Under the pieces are notes generated by a model. That model saw only the letters and a program-made list of their open reading frames with translations, had not been told where the DNA came from and did not search any database. A DNA stretch of 64,000 bases from assembly GCA_038884975.1 (NCBI GenBank), contig JAWAAW010000002.1:18829-82828 (forward strand), read 5' to 3'. Source of the stretch: Candidatus Woesearchaeota archaeon. GTDB lineage: Archaea > Nanobdellota > Nanobdellia > Woesearchaeales > ARS49. The translations under genes and the position numbers were made by a program. Below are positions 1 to 9,242 of this stretch, one piece after another; position 1 is the stretch's first letter, and every line of letters begins with the position of its first letter.

Positions 1-296
1 CTTATTTGTTCCCAGTTCCTGCCTGGATTAAAGACTGCAAATGAGGCAATGAATGGTATTTTTCCCATTAATGCCATTCCTGCTGCTATTGTTGCAAGGT
101 TTTGTTCTGCAACCCCCACTTCAATAAACCTTTCAGGGAATCTTTTTTTGAATTCTGTTAGGCGCGTGCTTTCTGTTAAGTCTGCACAGAGAGCAACAAT
201 ATTCTTGTTTTTTTCTGCGGCAATAATCATGCCTTCTCCGAATCCAGTTCTTGTTGCCTTTAGTTCTGGCTTTGTGAACACAACTGAGTTTGTCAT
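1..296 (-). CDS. Transketolase, C-terminal (pyrimidine-binding) subunit; only the 5' part is in the window, runs off the left edge
   Basis: Not on the ORF track (no stop in window). My translation of the minus strand from ATG 296-294 gives MTNSVVFTKPELKATRTGFGEGMIIAAEKNKNIVALCAD... ATGA start/stop overlap with the upstream N-terminal subunit gene at 293-296. Confidence 0.8.
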   Translation of the reverse strand, partial: MTNSVVFTKPELKATRTGFGEGMIIAAEKNKNIVALCADLTESTRLTEFKKRFPERFIEVGVAEQNLATIAAGMALMGKIPFIASFAVFNPGRNWEQI

Positions 297-1165
297 TTTT
301 GCTCGAGTTTTTTGCGTTCTGCTTCAAGTTCCTGAAGCGCCTTCTTTGTTTGTTCTTCGTTTGGTGCTTTTCCGTGCCATTCAGGGTCGTTTTCCATGAA
401 GGAGACTCCCTTGCCTGGTGTTGTGTGCGCGATTATGCAGGTGGGCACGTCGTGTTCTTTGCTGTTTTCAAGTGCGTCAATGATTTCCTGCATGTTATGG
501 CCGTCAATTTCAATGACGTGCCAGCCAAACGCCTCGTATTTCTCCCTTAGAGGCTCCAAGGGCATTACTTCTTCGGTGTGTCCGTCAATCTGTATGTTGT
601 TGCGGTCAATAATTACTGTGAGATTGTTTAATTGCATTTTGTTAGCGAACATTATTCCTTCCCACGTGTTGCCCTCGTCATGTTCTCCGTCGCTTGTTAT
701 GCAGTAAACGTGGTTCTTTTTTCCATCCATCTTGAGCGCGAGTGCCATTCCTGCTGCTTGTGAGATTCCGCAGCCCAATGGTCCTGATGTTGTTTCAAGT
801 CCTGGCAGTGAGTCTCTGTGAGGGTGTCCTTGGAGCCTTGAGCCGAATTTCCTTAGCGTCATAAGTTCTTTCAGGGGAAAGTATCCTGTGTGGGCCATTG
901 CTGCATATCTTGCTGGGCAAATGTGTCCGTTGCTTAAGACAAGAATGTCTCTTTCTGGCCAGTCTGGCTTTTTTGGGTCGTGTTTTAGGACATTGAAGTA
1001 TAGCGCGGTGAAGACGTCTGCCATTCCGAGTGAGCCTGCAGGATGCCCGGAGCCTGCGGCAGAAATCATTTTGATTATGTCTTGCCTGAGAGTTTTTGCA
1101 ATAATGTTTAATTTTTTTATGTCTTTGATTTTTTTGAACGGCATATTCTCCTCTTTTTTCGTCAA
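293..1165 (-). CDS. Transketolase, N-terminal (thiamine-diphosphate-binding) subunit
   Basis: 290 aa ORF with GHPAGSLGMADVFTALYF, LSNGH and ITSDGEHDEGNTWEG motifs typical of the N-terminal half of split transketolase. Confidence 0.9.
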   Translation of the reverse strand: MTKKEENMPFKKIKDIKKLNIIAKTLRQDIIKMISAAGSGHPAGSLGMADVFTALYFNVLKHDPKKPDWPERDILVLSNGHICPARYAAMAHTGYFPLKELMTLRKFGSRLQGHPHRDSLPGLETTSGPLGCGISQAAGMALALKMDGKKNHVYCITSDGEHDEGNTWEGIMFANKMQLNNLTVIIDRNNIQIDGHTEEVMPLEPLREKYEAFGWHVIEIDGHNMQEIIDALENSKEHDVPTCIIAHTTPGKGVSFMENDPEWHGKAPNEEQTKKALQELEAERKKLEQK

Positions 1166-1186
1166 GAACTTCTTGTTGTTGATTAT

Positions 1187-1837
1187 TTAAATTTTGCTTC
1201 TTATTGCTTCAATTCCTTCTGGCACTGTTTTTGCTTTGTGTATTGCATTGCCTGCTACGAGAATGTTTGCGCCTGCCTTTACTGCGAGCCTTGCTGTGTC
1301 CTTGTTTATTCCGCCGTCAACTTCTATGTCCAGTTTTGGAGCCCATTTTCGTATTTGCGCGACTTTTTTGAGGGTGCTTGGAATTAGTTTTTGTCCTCCA
1401 AATCCTGGCTTGACAGTCATTACGAGGACCATGTCAACGAGCTTGAGGAATGGCTTGATTTTTGTTGTTGGTGTTTTTGGATTGATTGCTATTCCTGCCT
1501 GCAAGCCTTTTGTTATTATTTGGTTGATGAGGTCAAGGATTTTTTTGGTGTCTTTTAGTGATTCGTAATGGAATATTATTCTTTTTGCATTCATGTCGAT
1601 ACAGTCTGAGAGGTATTTTGCGGGGTTCTTGACCATTAGTTGGCATTCTATTTCAATGCTTGTTTTTAGCCCTTTGAATTCTTTTGGCTGGACTGTTTTG
1701 TTTGGCACGAATTTGTTGTCCATTATGTCAAACTGGGCTCTTTTTACGTATGGTTCTATCTTTTTGAGTTTTGTGAGGAATTCTTTTTTCGTCTTGCACA
1801 ATAGTGAAGGAACTATCTCAACGTGGTGCTTTTCCAT
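1187..1837 (-). CDS. rpe: Ribulose-phosphate 3-epimerase
   Basis: 216 aa; FDIMDNKFVPN, VKPGFGGQKL and EVDGGIN motifs. Confidence 0.85.
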   Translation of the reverse strand: MEKHHVEIVPSLLCKTKKEFLTKLKKIEPYVKRAQFDIMDNKFVPNKTVQPKEFKGLKTSIEIECQLMVKNPAKYLSDCIDMNAKRIIFHYESLKDTKKILDLINQIITKGLQAGIAINPKTPTTKIKPFLKLVDMVLVMTVKPGFGGQKLIPSTLKKVAQIRKWAPKLDIEVDGGINKDTARLAVKAGANILVAGNAIHKAKTVPEGIEAIRSKI

Positions 1838-2276
1838 TTTCTATCCTCGTTATTTCTTCCAGTCTTCTTTTGTGTCTTTCTTCGCCTGAGAATTCTGTTT
1901 CCAGCCATAATTTTACGATTTTTTTTGCGTGATTCAGGGATAGTTCCCATCCTGATAGGCAGAGGACATTTGCGTTGTTATGCTCCCTGCTTAATCTTGC
2001 GTTTCTGAGAGTCCAGACTGCGACTGCGCGGACTCCTTTGACTTTGTTTGCCGCTATGCAGACTCCTTCTGCGCTTCCGCAGATCAGGATTCCCATTCCT
2101 TTTCCTTGCGAGACTGCCTTTGCTACCTTGTACGCATACACAGGGTAGTCGTCATTTGGGTTTAGCTCAAATGCGCCTTCGTCAACCACGCGGTATCCCG
2201 AGTGGTCAAGAAATTTTTTTAATTCCTGCTTGAGCTTGAATCCTGCGTGGTCTGCGCCAATGTGGATTGTTTTCAT
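1818..2276 (-). CDS. rpiB: Ribose-5-phosphate isomerase B (RpiB/LacAB family)
   Basis: 152 aa; IHIGADHAGFKLK and ILICGSAEGVCIAANKVKGVRA motifs; overlaps rpe by 20 nt. Confidence 0.85.
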   Translation of the reverse strand: MKTIHIGADHAGFKLKQELKKFLDHSGYRVVDEGAFELNPNDDYPVYAYKVAKAVSQGKGMGILICGSAEGVCIAANKVKGVRAVAVWTLRNARLSREHNNANVLCLSGWELSLNHAKKIVKLWLETEFSGEERHKRRLEEITRIENGKAPR

Positions 2277-3190
2277 TGTGCTTTTCCCGCGCTTCCGAAG
2301 AGTTTTATGCGGTGCTCAACAACTTCTTGCATCAGTTCGCGCGCCCTGCCGAGTATGTGGCGTGGGTCAAAATCTTCTGGCTTGCTTGCGAGAAACTCGC
2401 GCACTCCTGCGTCAAACGCAAGTCTTAAGTCGGTGTCTGTGTTTATTTTGCAAATGCCGTTCTTTATCGCTTCCTTGATTTGTTCGTCTGGAACTCCTTC
2501 TGGCTTTCCGAGCTTTGCGCCATAATGTTCTGCTGTTCGCACGAGCCACTCCGGCACTCCGCTTGCGCCGTGCAGTACAAGAGGCACTCTGACAATCTGC
2601 CGGATTTGCATTAGTCTGTTTATGTCGAGTTTTGCTGCTCCTGCAAATTTGTAAGCGCCGTGTGATGTCCCGATTGCTACAGCCAATGCATCAATGCCTG
2701 TTTTTTCAACAAATTCTTTTGCTGCGTTCGGGTCTGTGTAAATTATTTTGCGTGCAACAATCTTTTCTTCTGCTCCGCCTATTGTGCCCAGTTCGCCTTC
2801 GACAGAAATCCCTCTTGCGTGCGCCATTGAAACAACTTTTTTTGTGTTTGAGATGTTTTTCTCAAATGGCAGGTGTGAGCCGTCGTACATTATGCTTGTG
2901 TATCCTGTTTTTATTGCTTTTTTGATTATTTCCATGTTTCTTCCGTGGTCAAGGTGCAGGACTATTGGTATCTTGTGGTCTTGCGCTGCTTGCGAGACAA
3001 GGCATTTCAAATAATTTATTCCTGCATAATCTATTGCGCCCTCGCTTGTCTGCAGTATTACGGGAGATTTGAGTTTTGAGGCAGCGTTGGTTATTGCCTG
3101 CATTATTTCAAGGTTGTTTATGTTGAATGCTCCGACTGCATATTTTCCTTTTTGTGCTTTTGTGAGAACTTGCTTGAGTGTTGCAAGCAT
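2273..3190 (-). CDS. fba: Class II fructose/tagatose-bisphosphate aldolase
   Basis: 305 aa; GAFNINNLE, PVILQTSEGAIDY, VLHLDHG and LVLHGASG motifs; ATGA-type overlap with rpiB. Confidence 0.8.
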   Translation of the reverse strand: MLATLKQVLTKAQKGKYAVGAFNINNLEIMQAITNAASKLKSPVILQTSEGAIDYAGINYLKCLVSQAAQDHKIPIVLHLDHGRNMEIIKKAIKTGYTSIMYDGSHLPFEKNISNTKKVVSMAHARGISVEGELGTIGGAEEKIVARKIIYTDPNAAKEFVEKTGIDALAVAIGTSHGAYKFAGAAKLDINRLMQIRQIVRVPLVLHGASGVPEWLVRTAEHYGAKLGKPEGVPDEQIKEAIKNGICKINTDTDLRLAFDAGVREFLASKPEDFDPRHILGRARELMQEVVEHRIKLFGSAGKAQ

Positions 3191-3194
3191 TTTT

Positions 3195-4160
3195 TTAGAG
3201 CCTCGTGACGATTACTTTTGCTTTTGGCGCCTTTTCAATCTGTCTTCTTGTGAGGAGGTTTTGTTTTGCGCCAACTTGCTGGATGACTGCTGCTGCTTCT
3301 GCCATGCCCCACTGCATTGCTTCCTTGATGTCTTTCTTTATGATTATTCCTGCAAGCATTCCTGCTGCGAATGCGTCTCCTGCGCCTGTTGTTTCAACGA
3401 CCCTGATGCGAGGGGGGATCAGCTGGTAGTGCTGTATGCCGTTGTACGCATGCACTATTCTTGGTCCGTCTGTGATTACTGCTATTTTTGCGTGTTTTTG
3501 TAGTTCAGAGAGTAATTCCTTACAACCTGCTGTTTGCATTCCTGTAAGTGCTTGTGCTTCTTCCTTGTTCATTATGAGGAGGTCGCAGTCATCAATTATT
3601 GGCTTGAGTGCTTTTGAGCCCATTTTTGCAATGTACATGCTTGGGTTAAATGCATACTTGGTTCCTTTCTTTTTTGCAAACATTGCTGCTTTTTTGAGTG
3701 TTTCAAAGCTTTGGTTCATCATTGCGCTGAAATAAAACCATTTTGTCTTGAGTTTTTTCCACGGAACTTCGTATGGCGCAAGCTTGTCATTGACTCCTTT
3801 GAATGCGAGTATGCTTCTGTCGTGTTCCAGTCCTGTTAGTATTACGCTGTAGCCTGTCATTCCTTTGGCTTTTCCGCCAAGAAAGTCTACTTTTTCGCGT
3901 TTCATTTCGTCAAGGATTGTTTTTGCGTGGAGGTCTGTGCCGACTTCGCCAATCCATGCGGTTTTCAGTCCGAGTCTTGAAAAGGCAACTGCTGTATTTG
4001 TTCCTCCTCCGCCAGTGTCAACGTGGAGGTCTTCTACAAGGATTTTTTCGCCTATTGCGTAGCAGACATCTTCATGCCCCTTGTGTTTCATTATTTCTGG
4101 TTTTTTTGTTTTCACAAATACGTCTACGGTTCCAGAACCCAATGTTATTACGTCGTACAT
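3195..4160 (-). CDS. PfkB-family carbohydrate kinase (ribokinase/phosphofructokinase-like)
   Basis: 321 aa; GGGGTNTAVAFSRLG and TTGAGDAFAAG signature motifs. Confidence 0.8.
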   Translation of the reverse strand: MYDVITLGSGTVDVFVKTKKPEIMKHKGHEDVCYAIGEKILVEDLHVDTGGGGTNTAVAFSRLGLKTAWIGEVGTDLHAKTILDEMKREKVDFLGGKAKGMTGYSVILTGLEHDRSILAFKGVNDKLAPYEVPWKKLKTKWFYFSAMMNQSFETLKKAAMFAKKKGTKYAFNPSMYIAKMGSKALKPIIDDCDLLIMNKEEAQALTGMQTAGCKELLSELQKHAKIAVITDGPRIVHAYNGIQHYQLIPPRIRVVETTGAGDAFAAGMLAGIIIKKDIKEAMQWGMAEAAAVIQQVGAKQNLLTRRQIEKAPKAKVIVTRL

Positions 4161-4210
4161 TTTTGCCTCTTTTTGTGAAAGAACGAGCCGTTGGCGTTTA
4201 TAAATATTTC

Positions 4211-4585
4211 TTACAATAATCTGGTTATCATCAGCATTGCCACTGCGCCGATGACTATGCCGAGAAGGTATTCTTTTGCTGTTATTTGAAATGGCAGCTT
4301 GTGCAGTGGTTTTTGTGGGTTTTCAAGTTCTCTAATTCTTTTCTCCACTGCCGCAAGCATCAGGCGCCTGTCCTTGATTTCTGAAAAGACGCTTGCGAGG
4401 TGGTCGTCGCGGATTATGTGTAGTATCCAGTTGTGGAAGTCGTTCTTTTCATCATTGACGTGGTGCCTGAATACTTCCTCGTCCATTGTTGCGAGCTCGT
4501 TTGCCAGTTCATACAGGTTTTTTATGGTGCTTCCGCTCTTTAAATGAAACACGTGCTCTGGGTGTACGTCTTTCAAAAAGCTCAT
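4211..4585 (-). CDS. Small protein, paralog 1 of a tandem triplet (HxxN-x2-KNDFxNW motif), C-terminal TM anchor
   Basis: 124 aa; FHLKSGSTIKNLYELANELATMDEEVFRHHVNDEKNDFHNWILHII; C-terminal hydrophobic LLGIVIGAVAMLMI. Confidence 0.6.
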   Translation of the reverse strand: MSFLKDVHPEHVFHLKSGSTIKNLYELANELATMDEEVFRHHVNDEKNDFHNWILHIIRDDHLASVFSEIKDRRLMLAAVEKRIRELENPQKPLHKLPFQITAKEYLLGIVIGAVAMLMITRLL

Positions 4586-4586
4586 T

Positions 4587-5051
4587 TCAGTGTATTACGC
4601 ACTTTACTGCCTTTGTGGCCTTCTTTTCTTTCTCAATTTTTTTTTTGACTTCTTCGCGGTGCTCTTTGCTTGCGAGCTGCGCAACCTCTCTCAGGAGGTG
4701 TTTCATTATTGCGCGTTGGGTTTCAATCTTGTCTCTTATTTTCTGCATTTCTTCTGCCAAAGTCGGTGATTCAAACACATCCCTTACCCAGTTGGCAAAG
4801 TCATTCTTCCACTCGTTGACGTGGCTCCTGAATGTTTCTTCTGCCATTGTTTCAAGTTCGTCAATCAGTTGGAAGAGACTCTCTATTTTCCTACCGTCCT
4901 GCAGCACGAAGTGTTTTTCTACAGGCGCTTTTCCGAATTCTTTCTTTCTGTAGAACACTTCAAGCCTTGTTTTTGGTTCTGCCTGTATGACTCTTGCAGG
5001 CTTTCGTGCAGCATACACCTTTCTTGCTTTAAGTTTCCTCTTTTTCGCCAT
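4587..5051 (-). CDS. Small protein, paralog 2 of the tandem triplet
   Basis: 154 aa; FVLQDGRKIESLFQLIDELETMAEETFRSHVNEWKNDFANWVRDVF; basic N-terminus, charged helical C-terminus; SD-like GAGGTGGG upstream. Confidence 0.6.
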   Translation of the reverse strand: MAKKRKLKARKVYAARKPARVIQAEPKTRLEVFYRKKEFGKAPVEKHFVLQDGRKIESLFQLIDELETMAEETFRSHVNEWKNDFANWVRDVFESPTLAEEMQKIRDKIETQRAIMKHLLREVAQLASKEHREEVKKKIEKEKKATKAVKCVIH

Positions 5052-5113
5052 AAACCCACCTCTACTTGCGTTTTTAGTAATATCTTGTTTTTAAATATTA
5101 CGTATTGAGCTGC

Positions 5114-5395
5114 CTATTTTCTTTTCAGGAATGTTTCCACTGCTTTTGCACTGTCAAGCTGGTTTTTTGCTGCGAGGAGTTTTTGCGCAAGTTTTTGCTC
5201 GCCAAAGACGTCCTTTACCCAGTTGTGGAAGTCATTCTTTTGCTCGTTTGCATGGTAGTTGTACGTGTCAGGATGCATCTTCCGCAAGCCTTTTGCGAGC
5301 TGTGCAAGTGTCGCATAGATGCTTCCGTCGCTTACGTAAAAGCACTTTTCCGGCGCCAGTGCGCTCGTCTTTTTTTTGTTTGTTTGTTTTTTCAT
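5114..5395 (-). CDS. Small protein, paralog 3 of the tandem triplet
   Basis: 93 aa; FYVSDGSIYATLAQLAKGLRKMHPDTYNYHANEQKNDFHNWVKDVF; ends in TAG. Confidence 0.6.
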   Translation of the reverse strand: MKKQTNKKKTSALAPEKCFYVSDGSIYATLAQLAKGLRKMHPDTYNYHANEQKNDFHNWVKDVFGEQKLAQKLLAAKNQLDSAKAVETFLKRK

Positions 5396-5413
5396 TGTTT
5401 TTTCCTCCTTTTT

Positions 5414-6628
5414 TTAGATCTGTATAAGCCTTCTTAAGGCAGAGCTTACTGAGTTTTTCTCTTCTGACTTTACCCTGAGGATTATGTCGTTGAGTATGTT
5501 CATGTATGCAATGAATGCCTCGTAAGGGCTGTCGTAAGGGTTGAAGTATTTGTGCACGTCGCCGTCATTGAACCATTTTGTGCACATGTAGTAAAAGTGG
5601 TCGCTTGTGCTGAGCTTTCTCCAGGCATCAATAAGTGCTTCGTCTCTGCTTGCGAGCACTTCTTTCCTGAGCGAGTACAGTCTTTGTGCTGCTGAGTTTT
5701 GCATTCTGTTTCCAAGCCATGCAGAAGTGTCCCTTTCAATGTCTGCCCAGCTCATTGGTGCGTGGATGTCAAGCTCATCCTTTGGCTCAACCTTCATAAG
5801 CTCGGAGGGCCAGTGGAAGGAAATGTTTCTTTTCTTTAATTCTGCTGGCAGGTGTTCGAGGAACTTGAATATTCCCGTGTCCTCCCATTGGTGTTCGCCG
5901 AATGTTTCGTAGTCCATGAAGAGGTTGATTGTATCGCCCAGTATTGGTGCAATCCACTCAGCATATTTTTGTGCCGTAACTGGGTAGCCACCCCAGTTCT
6001 TGTCACCAAACCTGAAAGCGATATCGTCAGAGAGCTTATAGTTTTTGAGCAAGAGCCGCATGCGTTTTGTTGTTTTTGGTTTGTAGACATAATTTGGCGA
6101 TTTCCAGCCAAGGATGTGGTCTGCGCCTTCTGCAAGTATTGCCTTGTAGCCCATTTCCTCTGTTGTTTTTGCGAGGTGGTTGTTGTAAATAAGCTCTGTA
6201 TTCCGGAAGACAATTGGTTTTTGTTTGAACATTTCTTTTATCATGCGTTGGTGCATTCTTACCTGGTCAACAAATTCGTCCTTGTCGTGCAGGAATGCGA
6301 GAGAATGGTAATATGTTTCGTTGAGGAACTCGACTGCTCCTGTTGCTGCGAGTTCTTCAAAGCTGTCAATGACTGCAGGAGTGTATTTTGCAAATTGTTC
6401 CATTGCTGTTCCTGTAATGCTGAATGCAACTTTGAAGTCGTCGTGTCTTGCAATCAAGTTCCTTATTATCCTGTTTGCTGGAATGTAGCATTTTTTTGCA
6501 ACTTTTTGCATTACTTCCTTGTTTTTGTGGTCGTCAAAGTAGTTTGTTTTGTGGCCGATGTCAAACACGTTGTATTTTCTCATCCTGAATGGCTGGTGTA
6601 CTTGGAAATACAGGCAAATATTTGTCAT
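5414..6628 (-). CDS. Glycoside hydrolase family 57 (alpha-amylase / alpha-glucan-active enzyme)
   Basis: 404 aa; N-terminal ICLYFQVHQPFR, GTAMEQF and FMDYETFGEHQW motifs characteristic of GH57. Confidence 0.85.
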   Translation of the reverse strand: MTNICLYFQVHQPFRMRKYNVFDIGHKTNYFDDHKNKEVMQKVAKKCYIPANRIIRNLIARHDDFKVAFSITGTAMEQFAKYTPAVIDSFEELAATGAVEFLNETYYHSLAFLHDKDEFVDQVRMHQRMIKEMFKQKPIVFRNTELIYNNHLAKTTEEMGYKAILAEGADHILGWKSPNYVYKPKTTKRMRLLLKNYKLSDDIAFRFGDKNWGGYPVTAQKYAEWIAPILGDTINLFMDYETFGEHQWEDTGIFKFLEHLPAELKKRNISFHWPSELMKVEPKDELDIHAPMSWADIERDTSAWLGNRMQNSAAQRLYSLRKEVLASRDEALIDAWRKLSTSDHFYYMCTKWFNDGDVHKYFNPYDSPYEAFIAYMNILNDIILRVKSEEKNSVSSALRRLIQI

Positions 6629-7842
6629 CTTGTCACCTCTTCATATATTGCCTTGACTCTTTTTGCTGGTTCGTTAAGGTTGAATTTATTTGATTCTGAG
6701 TGCCCGTTTTCTCTTAATTCTTCCTGAAGTTCTTTGTGCCTGAGCACGCTTACGATCATATCTGTCATTTTGTTTATGTCCCAGAAGTCTGTTTTTAGGC
6801 AATGCTTTAGCACTTCTGAGACTCCGCTTTGCTTGCTTACGATTACAGGTGTCTTGTTTTTCAGGCTTTCCAGGGCCACAAGTCCGAATGGTTCTGAAAC
6901 GCTTGGCATCACGTAAACGTCTGCCATCTGGAATGCCTTGTGCACGTCAGGACCTTGAAGGAAGCCGGTGAATATTGTTTTGTCAGCAATGCCGATCTCG
7001 TGGGCCCTGTTGATTATTCTTGGCATCATGTCCCCGTCGCCTGCGATCACAAAGAGGGTGTTTGGTTCGAACTCGCTGACTTTTTTTGCAACCTCTATGA
7101 AATAGTCAGGCCCTTTTTGTATTGTTATCCTGCCGAGGAAAAGGACAACTTTGCTTTTTTTGTTCAGTGGTGACTTGTAGTTCGTGTGGTATTCTGGGCT
7201 GTCTTCTTCAATTCCCCAGTGCACAACCCTTATTTTGTGCTCTGGAATCTTGTAATGTTTTATCACGTTGTTTTTTGTGAGGTTGCTGTTCGCAATGATG
7301 ATGTCTGCTGCTTTGAGCCCTTCGTATTCCTTGTGCGCTATGTAGTGGTTGGGATTGTCTGCTGTGCGGTCAAATTCTGTTGCGTGAATGTGCACAACCA
7401 ATGGCTTTCCTGATGTTTTCTTTGCTTCTATGCCTGCCTCGTATGTCATCCAGTCGTGCGCGTGGATTACGTCATGGCGCTCTTTTTTTGCAATTGTCTT
7501 TCCTATTCTTGCAAACCTTTTTGCCTCTGCATAAATGTTTTTTCCATAGAATCCCTTGGTGCTTAATGGCGCATAGTCTTCTTCATATTGTTCTGCTGTT
7601 TGGTATGGTGCAAGCATTGATGGCACAGGGATTGTTTTGATGTTTTTTGCGAACTGGTTTGCTCCGATGAGTTTCACGAATTCTGCTTTTGCGTCTTCCG
7701 GCGCAACAGGCATGACGAACGTGACTTGCACATTGTTTCTTGCCAGTCCTTTCGTGAGGCCGTAGCAGGCAGTTCCAAGCCCCCCTGTCTTGAATGGCGG
7801 GAATTCCCATCCGAACATGAGCACGCGCAGAGGTTTTTTCAT
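6625..7842 (-). CDS. Glycogen/starch-synthase-like glycosyltransferase (GT-B fold)
   Basis: 405 aa; VLMFGWEFPPFKTGGLGTACYGLTKGLA N-terminus resembles archaeal glycogen synthases; HAHDWMT; C-terminal PSVSEPFGLVALES GT-B motif; ATGA overlap with GH57. Confidence 0.8.
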   Translation of the reverse strand: MKKPLRVLMFGWEFPPFKTGGLGTACYGLTKGLARNNVQVTFVMPVAPEDAKAEFVKLIGANQFAKNIKTIPVPSMLAPYQTAEQYEEDYAPLSTKGFYGKNIYAEAKRFARIGKTIAKKERHDVIHAHDWMTYEAGIEAKKTSGKPLVVHIHATEFDRTADNPNHYIAHKEYEGLKAADIIIANSNLTKNNVIKHYKIPEHKIRVVHWGIEEDSPEYHTNYKSPLNKKSKVVLFLGRITIQKGPDYFIEVAKKVSEFEPNTLFVIAGDGDMMPRIINRAHEIGIADKTIFTGFLQGPDVHKAFQMADVYVMPSVSEPFGLVALESLKNKTPVIVSKQSGVSEVLKHCLKTDFWDINKMTDMIVSVLRHKELQEELRENGHSESNKFNLNEPAKRVKAIYEEVTR

Positions 7843-8099
7843 TGTTCTGCCTCCACGCCGAGGAATTTCCTTCCTTCCTCGCTTAGTTCGTAAATCTTGA
7901 CGTAAGAGCTTGCGAATACTTCTCTGACAAATCCTCTGCCTTTGAGCCAGATTAAGTGGTTGTCTACTGTTTTCCAGTTTATTCCTGTGTCTTTTGCGAG
8001 CTGGTTGACGGTCTTGCGGCCTTTTAGAAGGTCAGATAGGATGTCGTGCCTTAGTTCTTTGAAAGTTCGCTTGGGGTTTCTGTCCTTTGGTGGAAACAT
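7839..8099 (-). CDS. Small winged-helix DNA-binding protein, first gene of the glycogen block
   Basis: 86 aa; HDILSDLLKGRKTVNQLAKDTGINWKTVDNHLIWLKGRGFV looks like wHTH; overlaps the GT start. Confidence 0.6.
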   Translation of the reverse strand: MFPPKDRNPKRTFKELRHDILSDLLKGRKTVNQLAKDTGINWKTVDNHLIWLKGRGFVREVFASSYVKIYELSEEGRKFLGVEAEQ

Positions 8100-8274
8100 C
8101 CTGCCTCTGCGCCACTAGTTGTGATTTTTGTATACTTGTTTGACATTTTATATTTAAATGTTCCTTTTTTTAATAAGAAATTGTATTTAACCAAATTTGA
8201 AAGCTTTGTTTATCTTTGTTAATTAAAAAAAATAAAAGCAGTGGAGAACTTTTGTGTTTTTTGCAGGACTGCAC

Positions 8275-9141
8275 TTATTCTTTTGAGAAGTCTTCAAGAA
8301 TGTCCTTTATTGTTATTATTCCTACTGGTATTTCCTTCTTGACAAGCACTACTGAGCTTACGTCGTTATTTACCATGAGGTCAATGATGCTTGCCATTGA
8401 TTCTTCTGGTGCTGCTGTTATGCAGTTTGGGACGTGAGTAATGACATTATGCACAGGCAGTTCAAGCAGGTTTGTTTTTTCTCCAACACCAAAGCCGGTG
8501 TGTTTTCCCATTTGGTGACTTGCTGCATGTGGAATCCGCATTCTTGTTCTTGGGAATGCGTGGACATCAATAAGTATGTCTGTCAGACCGAGTATGCCTA
8601 TGAGCTTATTTTGGCTGTCTACCACGACGATTTTACTGATTCCTTGTTTGCTCATTAGGTTCATTGCCTTGCTGACTTTTTCATTTTGGTTTATTGTGAC
8701 AAGCTTCATGCTTGCAAGCTCATCTGCCCTTACTCTTGAATAGAAAGTTCTCAGGTTTGCAATAACATCCAGGGAGTGCGCCATGCCGATTACGTGCTCT
8801 TTTTTCTGCTCTGTGATTATGATTGGTAGTGCGTGCACGTCTGCTGTTGCCATCAATCGCGCGATTTCTCTCAGTTCGGTGTTTGGCGAAAGCGTTGGGA
8901 CAAAGAAAGGTGTTTTGCTTTTTGAGCGGTGCTTGAAGATGTTTTTCAGTTTCATTTCTGCAGGGTCAATCCTTGAGGACAAAAGCCATTTTTTTGCAAC
9001 AATCCCTTTGTAATTGCTGTCCTCAAAGACCACTGCATAGCATTCCTTGTGCCTTTCCATCTGCCCAATCAGTGAGGAGACTGTGTCATTAATATCTGCA
9101 ATGATAAAGTCTGTTCGCGCAATGTCAGATGCGGTTACCAT
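8275..9141 (-). CDS. CBS-domain protein (multiple tandem CBS domains)
   Basis: 288 aa; repeated pattern of hydrophobic strand + G(I/V)(V/I)T..D(I/L) segments (GIVAKKWLL, VIGMAHSLDVI, LIGILGLTDILI, PVGIITIKDIL). Confidence 0.75.
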   Translation of the reverse strand: MVTASDIARTDFIIADINDTVSSLIGQMERHKECYAVVFEDSNYKGIVAKKWLLSSRIDPAEMKLKNIFKHRSKSKTPFFVPTLSPNTELREIARLMATADVHALPIIITEQKKEHVIGMAHSLDVIANLRTFYSRVRADELASMKLVTINQNEKVSKAMNLMSKQGISKIVVVDSQNKLIGILGLTDILIDVHAFPRTRMRIPHAASHQMGKHTGFGVGEKTNLLELPVHNVITHVPNCITAAPEESMASIIDLMVNNDVSSVVLVKKEIPVGIITIKDILEDFSKE

Positions 9142-9211
9142 CTTTTTTCTCCCATCTTAATTAAAGGGGCATTATATAAACGTTACTGATAACTGCGCCA
9201 TTCAGGTAATA

Positions 9212-9219
9212 TTTATATA
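9212..9219 (+). promoter_or_regulatory. TATA box (TTTATATA) 24 nt upstream of the ATPase ATG; implies a leaderless or near-leaderless mRNA
   Basis: Sequence aatatTTTATATAgaatt read directly; same 22-24 nt TATA-to-ATG spacing recurs at 16254, 28986 and 41827. Confidence 0.4.
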
Positions 9220-9242
9220 GAATTAAGCAACGTAAACACGTC

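Noticed and set aside
5852-6727. 291-aa plus-strand Cys/Phe/Val-rich ORF.
   Set aside because: It is antisense to the GH57 gene, which has clear family motifs.
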